DNA of 63,930 nucleotides, the filler included, from Sandaracinaceae bacterium (lineage in GTDB: Bacteria > Myxococcota_A > Polyangia > Polyangiales > JADJQN01): the NCBI GenBank assembly GCA_947483975.1. It is 3 parts of 3 records of this genome, joined end to end, with 100 filler letters (N's around TTAATTAATTAA, not from the genome) between each part and the next. Parts side by side here need not be neighbours in the genome. Positions count along the whole stretch, not along the records: positions 1 to 25,553 come from CANKOL010000029.1; 2 more parts are not named here. The stretch is one strand, 5' to 3'. Made by a program: the position numbers and the translations under genes. The notes beneath the pieces were generated by a model that searched no databases, was not told the origin of the DNA, and saw nothing but the letters and a program-made list of their open reading frames with translations. Below, piece by piece: positions 9,501 through 23,495 of the stretch (its first letter is position 1; each line of letters starts with the position of its first letter).

Positions 9501-10595
9501 ATGCCGACCTCCCTCTTCGATCCGCTCCCCTTTCGCAACGGTCTGCGCGCCCCCAACCGCGCGTGGCTCGCGCCGCTGACCAACCTGCAGTCGCACGACG
9601 ACGGCACGCTCGGTGACGACGAGCTGCGTTGGCTCGCGGGCTGTGCGGCGGGCGGCTTCGGCGTCATCGAGACCTGCGCGGCGTTCGTGTCGCAGGACGG
9701 CAAGGGCTGGCCCGGCGAGCTCGGCGCGTCGAGCGAGGCGCACCTGCCCGGGCTGCGTCGGCTCGCGGCGATGCTCCGCGAGGCGGGCTCGCTCGGTATC
9801 GTGCAGCTCTTTCACGGCGGCGTGCGCTCGCCGTCGAAGACCACTGGGATGCGCCCGTGGAGCGCGAGCGAGTGGGAGGAGGACGCGCCGACCTTCGAGG
9901 CGCCGCGCGCCGCGACGCCCGCCGACCTCGAGGGCGCCATCGTGCACTTCCGTGACGCCGCGGTGCGCGCGCACGCGGCAGGTTTCTCGGGGGTCGAGCT
10001 CCACGGCGCGCACGGCTATCTGTTCTCGCAGTTCCTCAGCCGTACGATGAACCAGCGCGCGGACGCGTGGGGCGGCGCGCTCGAGGGCAGGGCGCGCCTG
10101 CTGCGTGAGACCGTGCGCGCGGTCCGCGCGGCGCTGCCGCCGGAGTTCTTGGTCGGAGTGCGCCTGTCTGCCGAAGACTTCGGTCAGGCCCGCGGGCTCG
10201 ACCTCGACGAGAGCCTGACGGTCGCGCGCTGGCTCGCAGACGACGGCATCGACTTCCTGCACGCGTCGCTCTGGGACGTCTCGCGGAACAGCCTCAAGCG
10301 CCCCGCCGAGCACGTCGTGCCGCTGCTGCGTGGCGTGCTGCCGAGCGACGTCGTCCTCGTCGCCGCGGGCAAGGTCTGGACGCGGGCAGAGGCCGAGACC
10401 GTGCTCGCCCTCGGCGCGGACGCCGTCGCCGTTGGACGCGCTGCGATCGCCAACCCGGACTGGCCGAACCGCCTCGCCGCGGATCTCGAGCTGAAGCGCC
10501 CCCCGCTGACGCCCGCGGAGCTCGGCGAGCGCGGCCTCTCGCCCTCCTTCGTCGCGTTCATGCGCGGCTGGAAGGGTTTCGTCGCCGAAGACTGA
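9501..10595 (+). CDS. NADH:flavin oxidoreductase (Old Yellow Enzyme family)
   Basis: NRAWLAPLT, QLFHGG, GVELHGAHGYLFSQFLS, NQRADAWGG motifs. Confidence 0.92.
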   Translation: MPTSLFDPLPFRNGLRAPNRAWLAPLTNLQSHDDGTLGDDELRWLAGCAAGGFGVIETCAAFVSQDGKGWPGELGASSEAHLPGLRRLAAMLREAGSLGIVQLFHGGVRSPSKTTGMRPWSASEWEEDAPTFEAPRAATPADLEGAIVHFRDAAVRAHAAGFSGVELHGAHGYLFSQFLSRTMNQRADAWGGALEGRARLLRETVRAVRAALPPEFLVGVRLSAEDFGQARGLDLDESLTVARWLADDGIDFLHASLWDVSRNSLKRPAEHVVPLLRGVLPSDVVLVAAGKVWTRAEAETVLALGADAVAVGRAAIANPDWPNRLAADLELKRPPLTPAELGERGLSPSFVAFMRGWKGFVAED

Positions 10596-10654
10596 GCCGC
10601 CGCCCGCGCTGGCGCGCTCGCGCATCGAGTCGCTTGGACGCATACCTGCGCTCG

Positions 10655-12079
10655 ATGGCTCGCCTCAACCGACGGCTGACCGTCACCGCGCTCTTGCTCT
10701 CGATGTTCATGGGGGCGATGGAGGCCACGGTCGTCGGCACCGCGATGCCGACCGTGATCGCCGACCTCGGCGGGCTGGCGCTCTACGGCTGGGTGGGCTC
10801 GGCGTACCTGCTCGCGTCGACCGTGTCGGTCCCCGTGTACGGCAAGCTCGCCGACGTCTACGGCCGCAAGCCGGTGCTGCTCCTCGGGATCGCGCTGTTT
10901 CTGCTCGGCTCCATCGCGAGCGGCGGAGCGCCGACCATCGTCGCGCTGATCCTCGCGCGCGCCGTCCAAGGGCTCGGCGCCGGGGCGATGCAGCCCATCG
11001 CCGTCACGGTCGTCGGTGACCTCTTCGCCGTCGGGGAGCGCGGCCGCGTGCAGGGGCTGATCGGCGCCGTCTGGGGGAGCGCCGCCGTCGCGGGTCCGCT
11101 CGTCGGCGGGCTGATCGTGCAGTCGCTCTCGTGGCGCTGGGTCTTCTGGATCAACGTGCCGTTCGGCTTCGCTTCGGCCGCGATCCTGCTGCGCTGGTAC
11201 GCCGAGGACCCGCGTCCCCCGCGCACGCTGCCGCTCGACTGGCTCGGCGCGCTCCTGCTGTCGCTCTCGGCGCTCGCGTTGCTCCTCGGCGCGGCGGGGG
11301 AGCAGCCAGCGCTCACGCTGCCGCTCGGGGCGCTGCTCGCGCTGTGGGTCGTCTGGCAGGGACGGCGCGCCGCCGATCCGGTGTTCCCGCTCGCGCTCCT
11401 CACGCGTCGGCCGATCGCCGTCGCCGCGCAGAGCTCGCTGCTGCTCGGCGCGACGATGATGGGCACGCTGATGTTCGTGCCGCTCTACGTGCAGGGCGTG
11501 CTCGGGCGCGGCCCCGCAGAGGCTGGCGCGACCGCTGCGCCGATGCTCCTCGGCTGGCCCATCGCCTCGACGCTGACGAGCCGCATGCTCGTGCGCGTCG
11601 GCTTTCGCTCGCCGGTGTGGCTCGGCTCGGTGCTTTGTGCGGCGTCGCTCGGCGCGTTCGCGTGGCTCCTTCAACCCGGCGCGCGCATGCCCGCGCTGCA
11701 GAGCGCGATGTTCGTCTACGGGCTCGGCATGGGCCTCGTGAACACGACGCTGCTGATCGCCGTGCAGTCGAGCGTCGGCTGGGAGCAGCGCGGCGTCGCG
11801 ACCGCGACGACCATGTTCTCGCGCTCGATCGGCGGCGCGCTCGGCGTCGGTGCGTTCGGCACCGTGCTCGCAGCGCGGCTAGGCGCCGTGCTCCCCCCAG
11901 ACGCCGTGCGCGCGATCCTCGACCCCGAGCGTCGCCGCGCCCTCGCGGGTGGTGCGCACCTCGCGCGCGCCCTCGCGAGCGGTCTCGCGCCTATCTTCTG
12001 GGCGACGGCGGCGCTCGCGCTCTTGAACGTGCTCGTCGTCGCGTTCTATCCGCGCGCAGCGCAACGCCCTACGGAGTAG
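10655..12079 (+). CDS. MFS transporter, DHA2/EmrB-like
   Basis: About 14 hydrophobic segments. GKLADVYGRK and WRWVFWINVP motifs. Confidence 0.9.
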   Translation: MARLNRRLTVTALLLSMFMGAMEATVVGTAMPTVIADLGGLALYGWVGSAYLLASTVSVPVYGKLADVYGRKPVLLLGIALFLLGSIASGGAPTIVALILARAVQGLGAGAMQPIAVTVVGDLFAVGERGRVQGLIGAVWGSAAVAGPLVGGLIVQSLSWRWVFWINVPFGFASAAILLRWYAEDPRPPRTLPLDWLGALLLSLSALALLLGAAGEQPALTLPLGALLALWVVWQGRRAADPVFPLALLTRRPIAVAAQSSLLLGATMMGTLMFVPLYVQGVLGRGPAEAGATAAPMLLGWPIASTLTSRMLVRVGFRSPVWLGSVLCAASLGAFAWLLQPGARMPALQSAMFVYGLGMGLVNTTLLIAVQSSVGWEQRGVATATTMFSRSIGGALGVGAFGTVLAARLGAVLPPDAVRAILDPERRRALAGGAHLARALASGLAPIFWATAALALLNVLVVAFYPRAAQRPTE

Positions 12080-12113
12080 TGCTCCGCTGGGCGCGCGCGC
12101 GTCGACCTCGAGC

Positions 12114-14129
12114 TCAGGGGCTGCCGCAGAGACCCGTGCAGAAGTCCTGCACTCGACCGTCAGGGCGCATGAAGGCGTCGAGCTGCTGCTGAACGCGCGG
12201 ATCGCGCCGCACCGTCTCGTGCACGGAGCTGCTGATGACCGAGTCTTCCGGCTCGCTCGCCGCATAGGAGAAGTCGTCCGGCACGGACGACGCGCCAGTG
12301 TCGTAGACGACGTAGCCGCTGTCGGAGACATCGGTGAACGTCTCGAGCCCATAGACGCCGTAGAGGTCCGGCGTGTGGATCGGAATGCCGAAGTTGCGCG
12401 CCGCGATGTCCGCGCCGACGTTGGCGACCTGCGCGTCCCAGCGCCCGGTCTGCATCAGAATCTGCTTACCCGTCGGGGTCCCCGGCAGTACGTCCGTGAG
12501 CGCGTGCGCCGCGAACACCGCCGGATCAGAGCGCTCCCAGGTCTGCCCAAGCATCGCGAGGATCAGCGAGCGGTCGATCTTGTCGGGATACCAAGCCTTC
12601 AGGATCGCCTCGTACGCCTTCCAGTCCACCGAGCGCGGCATGAAGAGCGCGTACGACACCGCGCCGACTCCGAGCGCGAAGTGCCTGATGTCGGTGGACA
12701 GCCCGGCGAGCGAGCCGCCGAAGATGCCGCCTTGCGAGTTGCCGTGATAGTAGACCTCGCTCGGATCGAAGCTCGGCTGCCCGCCAATTTGGAACGCCGC
12801 GTTGTCCGCGCAGACGCCCTTGATCGTGCGCGTCAAGACGAGCTGGTCGATGAAGCCCTGCAGCTGACGATCGACGAAGGTCGGAAAGAGCGAGATATCC
12901 GCGAGGGCGCGCGTCGCGTACTCGACGTCATTCGGGCCTGCCATGCCGGTCCAGTCGCCCGCGACGACGACCGTCGGGAAGTCGTTCGCGAAGTTGCGCA
13001 GATAGCCGCCCTCCGCCTCACCGCGGTCACCGAAGAGCCCGTGTCCGTACTGCATGATGCGCACGGGCGGCCCCCCCGCCGCGACGCTCGCCTGCACCGA
13101 GCGCGGGATGAGGACCGTGAACGCATACTCCTTCGTGCCCATCGCGACGGGCGCGCCCGAAGCGTCGCGGCGAAGCGGCGAGCCCGCCGCGTCGGCGACC
13201 TGATAGAGCGGCACGGTGATGGTGCCGTCCACCTTGCGATAGATCTCCGTGTTGTAGTCGTCCTGCGTGCTCGTGATCGTGCAGCCGAGCCCCTCGGCGC
13301 CGACGCGCGTGAGCGCATCGTCGCGCATCGCGACGACGTCGCCCCACGCGGACTCGTCGGAGCCCGTCCAGATATCCCACGCCTCGGTCAGCGTGGACCG
13401 GTCGATGCCCGCGGCCGTGAGCGGGGCGAACACGTCGGTCTCGAATGCTGCTCGGCGCTCCTCGATCCCGGGGATGGTCGTCGGCGTGTTGTCACGCAGC
13501 GCGGCGAAGCCGGGGTGTGCCGGCACGAGCGAGCCGTCGGCGAGGCGCAGGTTGCGCGTCGCGATGATGATGTGGTGATTCTCCGGCATACGGCGCGCGG
13601 GGCGAATGTAGAAGGGCCGCTTGTCCGCCGACACGCCCGTATGCATGTCGAGCTCCGCGAAGTGCGGCAGCCGCTCCATCGTGGTCGCGTCGAAAAGGAC
13701 CGTCTGCGAGTCGGCCTCCATGCTCTTCTCGACGTGCAGCCAGTCGGCGAGCCCGGTGGCGTCCACGCGCCCCGCGTAGAGCGTCATGAACGACGTCTGC
13801 CCGGTGAAGCCGTCCCAGCGATTCAGCTCCGCGGGGTCGATCGGAATCGGCGTGTCGGCTGCGTTGGTCGGCATCGCCTCGATCGGGATCGCCACGCGCC
13901 GACCAGTGCGAGTGCTCGCGTCGTCGACGAGATAGCGACTCGACGGCCATGGCAGCATGCAGCCCATCGGATTGAGGTTCTCGCACTCGGCGCGGTAGGG
14001 CGGGGGCCCCGCGTCGGGCGGCCCAGCGTCTGGGGTAGGCGGCGGCGTGACGTCGTCGTCGCCACACCCAGCGAAGAGCATCGAACCCGCGATGGAGACT
14101 AGGAGCGAGGCACGAAGAAGACTCGACAT
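12114..14129 (-). CDS. Lipoprotein with alpha/beta-hydrolase (lipase-like) domain
   Basis: FAGC lipobox, PWPS motif, YGHG, and nucleophile elbow YHGNSQGG. Confidence 0.75.
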   Translation of the reverse strand: MSSLLRASLLVSIAGSMLFAGCGDDDVTPPPTPDAGPPDAGPPPYRAECENLNPMGCMLPWPSSRYLVDDASTRTGRRVAIPIEAMPTNAADTPIPIDPAELNRWDGFTGQTSFMTLYAGRVDATGLADWLHVEKSMEADSQTVLFDATTMERLPHFAELDMHTGVSADKRPFYIRPARRMPENHHIIIATRNLRLADGSLVPAHPGFAALRDNTPTTIPGIEERRAAFETDVFAPLTAAGIDRSTLTEAWDIWTGSDESAWGDVVAMRDDALTRVGAEGLGCTITSTQDDYNTEIYRKVDGTITVPLYQVADAAGSPLRRDASGAPVAMGTKEYAFTVLIPRSVQASVAAGGPPVRIMQYGHGLFGDRGEAEGGYLRNFANDFPTVVVAGDWTGMAGPNDVEYATRALADISLFPTFVDRQLQGFIDQLVLTRTIKGVCADNAAFQIGGQPSFDPSEVYYHGNSQGGIFGGSLAGLSTDIRHFALGVGAVSYALFMPRSVDWKAYEAILKAWYPDKIDRSLILAMLGQTWERSDPAVFAAHALTDVLPGTPTGKQILMQTGRWDAQVANVGADIAARNFGIPIHTPDLYGVYGLETFTDVSDSGYVVYDTGASSVPDDFSYAASEPEDSVISSSVHETVRRDPRVQQQLDAFMRPDGRVQDFCTGLCGSP

Positions 14130-14330
14130 GGTGCCGATAGTACCAGCACTGGCTGGCCGCGTGTCGACCGGACACGACCCGAAGTGCCGCCGTCCCGTCG
14201 ACCGGACTGCGCGCCCCGGCGTCATCCGGCGATGGAGACCTTGGCCGCGCTCCGGATCCGCGGCACCGCGCCCACTTGGGGCAATCAGTGGGACAGGTCC
14301 CGAAAAACGTGCCGTTTTCCCCGATGAAAC

Positions 14331-14405
14331 TGGTGGGCGGGACAGGGATCGAACCTGCGACCCGCTGCGTGTAAAGCAGCTGCTCTGCCGCTGAGCTACC
14401 CGCCC
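14331..14405 (-). tRNA. tRNA-Val (anticodon TAC)
   Basis: Reverse complement GGGCGGGTAGCTCAGCGGCAGAGCAGCTGCTTTACACGCAGCGGGTCGCAGGTTCGATCCCTGTCCCGCCCACCA folds as a cloverleaf with TAC anticodon and encoded CCA. Confidence 0.97.
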
Positions 14406-14449
14406 GGGAAGCGCGCGCAAAGTAGCACGCTCCGCGAGCAGTCGCTGTC

Positions 14450-15541
14450 TCAGCGACGAGTTGTGACGGCGGAACGGCGTGCGGCAGGCGGCGGGCGCAC
14501 GTGGACACGGGCGACGACGAGCGAGCTCGGGCCATCGAACGGCCCAACCAGCCCGACCTCCACGCACGCATACGGACCCATCGAGAGGACGCTGCGGTCG
14601 CGCACATCGGCCTCGCCGGCGAGTCCGCGTCCTTGAGGTCGTCGCCCGCCGACGACGCCCGTGTGCTCGACGGGCGCACCCGTCGCCGGCGTGAAGCTGT
14701 CGCGATAGCTGCCGTCTTCGGTCTGCATGATCAGGCGATCCGTGCCGCCGGCGCCTGTGTTGAGGTCGAGCGCCCCAGTGCGGTTGCTCGAGCCCCCGAA
14801 CCGCACGCCCTGCCGGAGAAAATCGTAGGACGCTGCCGTGATCGAGACGGTCGCCACGACGGTGTCCCCGCTCTGCATCTCGGTGCGGTAGCCCGGCGTC
14901 CCTGGAGTGTTGTTCGTGGGCGGGGTCGCGAACGGCACGACGAAGACGCGCGTGCGCTTGCCGACCCCATGGAGCACTACCCCGCGTGGCGGGGAGTCGA
15001 GCACGACGCCGTTCGTGTCGAGGAAGACGACGCGTATCGTCACTCCGCTGGCGAGCACGAGCGCCGTCACCGCCGCAGCACCGCCCTCGTTGCCGAGAGG
15101 CACGAGGTCGACGGTGTCGCTCGCAGGCGCGACCCGCTGGGGCTCCGTGAACACCTGACCATCACGATCCACGCGCACGACGAACGTGCCCTCGCGGCCC
15201 CCATACGCCACGAGGAAGCCGCCGTTGGCTCCGGCGAGCGCGATATCGCCCGAGGTACGAGCGACGGGCAGCAGAGCCTCGATCACCCGCACGCGCTCAT
15301 CGATGCGCGCGTATTGGATCGAGTGGCTGGTCGAGCTACCCGCCGTCCAGATCACGCCGACGTCCGCGCCGTTGTCCGCGAGCAGCGGCGACGCGATGCC
15401 CGGTCCGACGCTCAGCTCGCCGCACAGCACCTGCGCGCTCGGCGTACACACCCGGCCTCGGAACTGCGCGGAAGCGTCCGGCGCGAACGCGATGGCACCT
15501 AGCCCGAACCCGCAAGCCGCTGCGAACCGCCACCGCGCCAT
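14450..15541 (-). CDS. Hypothetical secreted protein
   Basis: Signal peptide ending ASA-Q and beta-rich body. Lies downstream of lon on the same strand. Confidence 0.55.
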   Translation of the reverse strand: MARWRFAAACGFGLGAIAFAPDASAQFRGRVCTPSAQVLCGELSVGPGIASPLLADNGADVGVIWTAGSSTSHSIQYARIDERVRVIEALLPVARTSGDIALAGANGGFLVAYGGREGTFVVRVDRDGQVFTEPQRVAPASDTVDLVPLGNEGGAAAVTALVLASGVTIRVVFLDTNGVVLDSPPRGVVLHGVGKRTRVFVVPFATPPTNNTPGTPGYRTEMQSGDTVVATVSITAASYDFLRQGVRFGGSSNRTGALDLNTGAGGTDRLIMQTEDGSYRDSFTPATGAPVEHTGVVGGRRPQGRGLAGEADVRDRSVLSMGPYACVEVGLVGPFDGPSSLVVARVHVRPPPAARRSAVTTRR

Positions 15542-15572
15542 CAGGCCCGAGCTTCGAGTGTGCATCGAGGTC

Positions 15573-18092
<2,520 letters not shown>

Positions 18093-18143
18093 TGCCTGTT
18101 GGTGCTCGGGACGAAGTCCGAGAGGGCAGCGTGGATCTGGCGA

Positions 18144-19403
18144 CTACGCCGACCCTCCCGCTGCCTCCTTCTCGTAGACGATCAGAGGCTTCTCAGCCTT
18201 CGTGATGCACTCCTCGTTGAGCACGACTTCCTTGATACCGTTGTGCGAGGGCACGTCGTACATGACGTCGAGCATCGCATTCTCGAGGATCGCACGGAGG
18301 CCGCGCGCGCCGGAGTTGCGCTTGAGCGCCTCGCGGGCGATGCCGTTGAGCGCGCCCTTCGTGAACTTCAGCTTCACGCCGTCCATCTCGAGCAGCTTCG
18401 CGTACTGCTTGACGAGCGCGTTCTTCGGCTTCGTCAGGATGTCGACGAGCGCCTCTTCACTGAGCTCGTGCAGGGTCGCGACGACGGGGAGCCGGCCGAT
18501 GAACTCCGGGATCAGGCCCGCACGCAGCAGGTCCTCCGGCTGCACTTGCTCGAGCAACTCGCCGACACGCTTGTCACGCTTGCTCGGGATCTCGGCGCCG
18601 AAGCCCAGCGTCTTGTCGCCGAGGCGTCGCTCGATGATCTGCTCGAGCCCGACGAACGCGCCGCCGCAGATGAACAGAATGTTGGTCGTGTCGACCTGCA
18701 GGAAGTCCTGCTGCGGGTGCTTGCGCCCGCCCTTCGGCGGCACGTTGGCGATCGTGCCTTCGATGATCTTCAGGAGCGCCTGCTGCACGCCCTCGCCGCT
18801 GACGTCGCGGGTGATGGAGGGGTTGTCGCTCTTGCGGGCGATCTTGTCGATCTCGTCGATGTAGACGATGCCGCGCTGCGCGCGCTCGACGTCATGCTCC
18901 GCGTTCTGCAGGAGCTGGACGATGATGTTCTCGACGTCCTCACCGACGTAGCCGGCCTCGGTCAGGGTCGTCGCATCCGCGATCGCGAAGGGCACGTTGA
19001 GGATGCGCGCGAGCGTCTGCGCGAGGAGCGTCTTGCCTGAGCCGGTGGGCCCGAGGAGCAAGATGTTCGACTTCTGCAGCTCGACGTCTTCCTGGCCGAT
19101 GCGCGAGTCGATGCGCTTGTAGTGATTGTGCACGGCGACCGCGAGCGTCTTCTTCGCGCGGTCCTGGCCGATGACGTACTCGTCGAGGACGGCCTTGATC
19201 TCAGCCGGCTTCGGGAGAGGCGTGCCGGTCGCGAAGTTGTCCTCGCGGTCGACCTCCTCCGCGATGATGTCGTTGCACAGCCCGATGCACTCGTCGCAGA
19301 TGTAGACCGTCGGGCCCGCGATGAGCTTCTTCACTTCCTTCTGCGACTTGCCGCAGAAGGAACATTGGAGGTTGCCGTGCCCGTCGTCGCGCCGTCGATC
19401 CAC
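18144..19403 (-). CDS. clpX: ATP-dependent Clp protease ATP-binding subunit ClpX
   Basis: CSFCGK...ICDEC Zn finger, [20 protein letters not shown] loop. Start at GTG 19403. Confidence 0.98.
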   Translation of the reverse strand: MDRRRDDGHGNLQCSFCGKSQKEVKKLIAGPTVYICDECIGLCNDIIAEEVDREDNFATGTPLPKPAEIKAVLDEYVIGQDRAKKTLAVAVHNHYKRIDSRIGQEDVELQKSNILLLGPTGSGKTLLAQTLARILNVPFAIADATTLTEAGYVGEDVENIIVQLLQNAEHDVERAQRGIVYIDEIDKIARKSDNPSITRDVSGEGVQQALLKIIEGTIANVPPKGGRKHPQQDFLQVDTTNILFICGGAFVGLEQIIERRLGDKTLGFGAEIPSKRDKRVGELLEQVQPEDLLRAGLIPEFIGRLPVVATLHELSEEALVDILTKPKNALVKQYAKLLEMDGVKLKFTKGALNGIAREALKRNSGARGLRAILENAMLDVMYDVPSHNGIKEVVLNEECITKAEKPLIVYEKEAAGGSA

Positions 19404-19557
19404 TGTGTGCCTCTCTAAGAACGAACAGCCATGACGGCGAGCGCCTGCCCTTGAACTACACGCCTGCTGAGCCCTGTCCATCGGACTTCAGGCTGGGCGA
19501 ACGAGTCTAGTCTCCCCGATCCAGGGGGGCAAGGGAGCGAGCAGGCGGGAAAGGACC

Positions 19558-20169
19558 CTATTTGCGCGGGACGATCACGTCGTCGACGATGCCGTATTCC
19601 TTCGCGTCTGGCGCGGCAAGAAAACGGTCACGCTCGGTGTCCTCTTTGATCTTCGTCTCCGGCTGCCCGGTGTGCTTGGCGAGGATCTCGTTGATCTTCT
19701 GGCGGAGATACAAGATCTCCTTCGCCTGGATCTCGATGTCCGAAGCCTGCCCGCGCGCGCCGCCGTGCGGCTGGTGGATCATCACGCGCGAGTTCGGCAG
19801 GCACTTGCGCCGACCCTTCGCGCCGGCCGCCAAGATGACGGCTGCCATCGACGCGGCCTGTCCGAGACAGACCGTCGAGACGGGGCAACGGACGTATTGC
19901 ATGGTGTCGTAGATCGCGAGGCCGCTCGTGATCACGCCGCCTGGGCTGTTGATGTAGAGCGTGATCTCCTTGTCGGGATCCTCGCTCTCGAGGAACAGCA
20001 TCTGCGCGATGATGATGTTCGCGACGTCGTCGTTGACCTCGGTGCCGAGGAAGACGATGCGGTCCTTGAGCAGGCGGCTGTAGATATCCCAGCTTCGCTC
20101 GCCGCGGTGGGTGGTCTCGACGACCTGCGGGTACGGGATGTATGCGCGCGGAACGGTGTCAATCGTCAT
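19558..20169 (-). CDS. clpP: Clp protease proteolytic subunit
   Basis: [27 protein letters not shown] motifs. Confidence 0.98.
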   Translation of the reverse strand: MTIDTVPRAYIPYPQVVETTHRGERSWDIYSRLLKDRIVFLGTEVNDDVANIIIAQMLFLESEDPDKEITLYINSPGGVITSGLAIYDTMQYVRCPVSTVCLGQAASMAAVILAAGAKGRRKCLPNSRVMIHQPHGGARGQASDIEIQAKEILYLRQKINEILAKHTGQPETKIKEDTERDRFLAAPDAKEYGIVDDVIVPRK

Positions 20170-21497
20170 CCAGGCCCCTCAGACGTTGCGACCTCGGCGG
20201 TCGACGCGGCTGCGTCGCTCGCAGCCGGTGCGTCGACGATCGTAGCCCTGGCAAGGAGATAGTCGAGGAGCTTGTCCTGCAGAAGCTGCGAGACGAGCTG
20301 CTCGCGACGGTCCCCAGCGTAGTCGACGCGGACCTTGGCGACGTGCTTGCCGGTGCGCTCGGCGATCTCGGCGAAGCGCTTCTCGATCTCGTCGTTGCTG
20401 ACGTCCATCTTCTCGCGGCGGGCTAGCTCGCCGAGGAGGATCGCGGCGAGGACTTTGCGCTCGGCGCGGGCGTGCATGGTGTTGTGCATCTCCTCGCTGA
20501 GCGGCGTCGACATCTGGCCGGTCATCGAGAGGAACTGCGCGAATTCCTGCACCATCCGCTGCTCTTCCTGCTTGATGAGCGACGGCGGCACCGGCACCGG
20601 GTTCTTGTCCACGAGGCGCTCGACGACGAGGTCTCGGAGGGCGCCATCGGAGCGGCGCTTCGCCGTCTCCTCGAGGCGCTTGCGGATGTCGAGGCGCAGC
20701 TCGAGCAGCGTCGGGAAGTCACCGCAGTCCTTCGCGAACTCGTCATCGACTGCGGGGAGCGTGCGCTCCTTCAGCTCCTTGACGGTGACGCGGAACTCAG
20801 CGGCCTTGCCGCGCAGCGCGGCGTTGCCGTGGTCGTCGGCGAACTTCACGGCGATCGTCTTCTCGTCGCCGACGTTCGCGTCGACCAGGCCCGCCTCGAA
20901 CTCCGGCAGCAGGCGCTCGCCGTCGAGCTCCACTGCGTGGTCGTTGGCGCTCATGTCGGGCTTCACGTCGCCGTCGATCGACACGTGGTAGTCGATGACG
21001 AGGAGGTCGCCCTTCTTCGCGGAGCGGGCGGGCTCGGGCGCCGCGATCGTCGCGTTCTCGAGGCGTAGGCGCTCGATCTCGCGGTCGACGTCGGCCTCGG
21101 GGACCTCGGACGACGGGCGCGCGACCTGCAGACCGTCCGTGTCGAGGTTCTCGACCTTCGGGCGGACTTCGAGCTTCGCGGTGAAGGCCATCGGCTGACC
21201 GTCGACCATCGGGGTCGGCACGACGTCGGGCGTCGCGACCGGCTCGAGCTTGTGCTCCTCGATCGCTGCGAATAGGCCCTTCTCGACGAGGGCGGTCAGC
21301 ACCTCGTGGCGTACCTGGGAGGCGAACAGCTGCTTGACGACGCTGCGCGGCACTTTGCCCGGGCGGAAGCCTTTGATGCGCGCGACCTTCTGCATGCGCG
21401 CGTAGCCGTCCTCCATGTCCTTGCGCACCTCGTCCCAGGGAACCTCGACCTTGACCTCGACGAGAACCGGACTGATTTCAGTGACTTGGGACTGCAT
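20166..21497 (-). CDS. tig: Trigger factor
   Basis: GFRPGKVP ribosome-binding motif. Canonical tig-clpP-clpX-lon order. Confidence 0.95.
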   Translation of the reverse strand: MQSQVTEISPVLVEVKVEVPWDEVRKDMEDGYARMQKVARIKGFRPGKVPRSVVKQLFASQVRHEVLTALVEKGLFAAIEEHKLEPVATPDVVPTPMVDGQPMAFTAKLEVRPKVENLDTDGLQVARPSSEVPEADVDREIERLRLENATIAAPEPARSAKKGDLLVIDYHVSIDGDVKPDMSANDHAVELDGERLLPEFEAGLVDANVGDEKTIAVKFADDHGNAALRGKAAEFRVTVKELKERTLPAVDDEFAKDCGDFPTLLELRLDIRKRLEETAKRRSDGALRDLVVERLVDKNPVPVPPSLIKQEEQRMVQEFAQFLSMTGQMSTPLSEEMHNTMHARAERKVLAAILLGELARREKMDVSNDEIEKRFAEIAERTGKHVAKVRVDYAGDRREQLVSQLLQDKLLDYLLARATIVDAPAASDAAASTAEVATSEGPG

Positions 21498-21652
21498 TTC
21501 GGGGCTCCGGGGCGGACGTGGACAAGGGCGCGCGAGGGGGCGGTGGTCTAACGCCCGCTGATGTAGGCGTCAAGGAATGGATCAGCGGAATTGACTGCGA
21601 TTTCGCAGCCGTTCTCACCAATGCGGCGCGTATCGAGGGCGATACGGGGCGG

Positions 21653-22111
21653 TCAGGCGGGCGGAGTGCTCGCGGGCGGAGCTCCCGAGAGGTCGAGCAG
21701 CGCGATGCCGAGCTCGCTCGACATCTCGAAGATGCGCTGGTCACGGTAGAACTCGCCGAAGAAGATCTTCTGCAGGCCCGCGTTCGCGATGGTCTTGAAG
21801 CAGCTCCAGCAGGGGGAGGCGGTCACGTAGATGGCCGCGCCGTCGATGCGGGTGCCGTTCTTGGCCGCCTGGATGATCGCGTTCGCCTCGGCGTGCAGGG
21901 TCCGGACGCAGTGGCCGTCCTCCATCATGTGGCCGGCGTCGTCGCAGTGGGGGAGCCCGCGCACCGAGCCGTTGTAGCCCGTCGAGAGGATCGTCCGGTC
22001 GCGTACGATGACTGCGCCGACGTGCTTCCGCGAGCACGTCGACCGCGTCGCGACCTCGCGGGCGATGTTCATGAAGTACTCGTCCCAGCTGACTCGAATG
22101 CGCTCGTTCAT
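21653..22111 (-). CDS. dCMP deaminase / ComEB family
   Basis: SWDEYFM, RSTC, GYNG, HAEANA, PCWSC motifs. Confidence 0.92.
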   Translation of the reverse strand: MNERIRVSWDEYFMNIAREVATRSTCSRKHVGAVIVRDRTILSTGYNGSVRGLPHCDDAGHMMEDGHCVRTLHAEANAIIQAAKNGTRIDGAAIYVTASPCWSCFKTIANAGLQKIFFGEFYRDQRIFEMSSELGIALLDLSGAPPASTPPA

Positions 22112-22316
22112 GCGCCGACGGCTAACACGGCGGCGGCGCCGCGGGAAGGGCGAACGCGCGCGCTCGTCGGCGGTTTCACGGTAGCGTCGGGGGCGTCGTG
22201 CCGTCGCGGACGAGCGCCGTGTGGGTCGCGGCGAGCGAGCCGTGCTCGACGCGCAGCAGCTCGACGCGCAGCATGCGGACGATGGGCGCGCGCGCTGCGC
22301 TGCTATCCTGGCCGAC

Positions 22317-23363
22317 GTGCTGCGCAACTCGCTCGCTCGATGCTCGGTGTTCGTCGCGACGCTCACGCTCGCCGGCTGTGCCTCAGCGCCGCTCGCGGCG
22401 GATGCTGGGCAGGACGCCGCCGCGCCGACCGACGCGCGGGTCACCGATGCGTCGCTCGACGAGGGTACGGTCGATGCCGACGGGGGCGCGCACGTCGATC
22501 TCGGCGTAGTGCCGCCGGCCGACGCGGGGAGCGCCTGTCCACCGCGTCCGCTCCAAGGGCTCTTCGTCTGGAACGACGACCTCGTCGAGACGCGGGACGA
22601 GATCCTCGCGCTCGCAGAGGCGCGCGGCGTGACGGAGATCTATCTGCACGCGAATCTGTTCTACGCGGGCGACCGCGACGAGAGCGCGCTCGCGGCGTGG
22701 ATCGAGGCGGCCGGGGCTCGCTGCATCGCGGTCGAGCTGCTCTTCGGCAACGCCGACTGGCTGCTCCCCGCGGGGCGCGCAGAGGCGACGTCGCGCACGG
22801 CGTGGGCGGTGGCGTTCGCGGACGCGCACCCGGGCGCGCGCCCGAGCGGCGTGCACTGGGACCTCGAGCCGCAGCAGCTTGCCGCGTGGCACGCGGACGT
22901 CACGACGCAGCCGGGCTTCGTGTCCGATCTGGTGGACACGCTCGAGGTGCTCACGCCCGTCGCGGAGGCGGGCGGCTTGCCGCTGTCCATCGACCTCGGG
23001 TTCTTCTTCGACGGCATCGACGTGACGCGCGGCGGCGTGACGCGGCCCGGCAGCCAGTGGGTCACGGACGCCGTCAGTCGCGTCGTCTTGATGGACTACC
23101 GGGACACCGCGCTGTCGACTGGGCACGGCGGGCTGATCTCGCTGGCCGAGGCCGAGGTCGTCTATGCCAGCGCGGTGGGCGTGCCGATCGTGCTCGCCGT
23201 CGAGACGACGCCGCAGGATCCGACCTACGTCAGCTTCGCCGAGGAGGGGTTCGCGGCCATGATCGCCGAGCTTGCGGTGGTGCGCGCGCACTTTGCGAGC
23301 GCGAGCGCGTTTGCTGGGACGGCGCTCCACGACCGGGATGGCGTCGCGGCGCTGGCGCCTTGA
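22317..23363 (+). CDS. Lipoprotein with putative TIM-barrel (glycoside hydrolase-like) domain
   Basis: LAGC lipobox. GVHWDLEP, LMDYRD, AVET motifs. Start uncertain. Confidence 0.6.
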   Translation: MLRNSLARCSVFVATLTLAGCASAPLAADAGQDAAAPTDARVTDASLDEGTVDADGGAHVDLGVVPPADAGSACPPRPLQGLFVWNDDLVETRDEILALAEARGVTEIYLHANLFYAGDRDESALAAWIEAAGARCIAVELLFGNADWLLPAGRAEATSRTAWAVAFADAHPGARPSGVHWDLEPQQLAAWHADVTTQPGFVSDLVDTLEVLTPVAEAGGLPLSIDLGFFFDGIDVTRGGVTRPGSQWVTDAVSRVVLMDYRDTALSTGHGGLISLAEAEVVYASAVGVPIVLAVETTPQDPTYVSFAEEGFAAMIAELAVVRAHFASASAFAGTALHDRDGVAALAP

Positions 23364-23495
23364 TGGCCCGGCGGACTCGCGGCGGCCGTTCACGACGGGC
23401 CGTCGTGGCGAGAACGTCGCGCAGTTGCGCAGCGGACGAGGCTCGCGCACCACCGCCTTGAACAGTGTCGATGCGCGTTGCACCGTTGAGATGAA

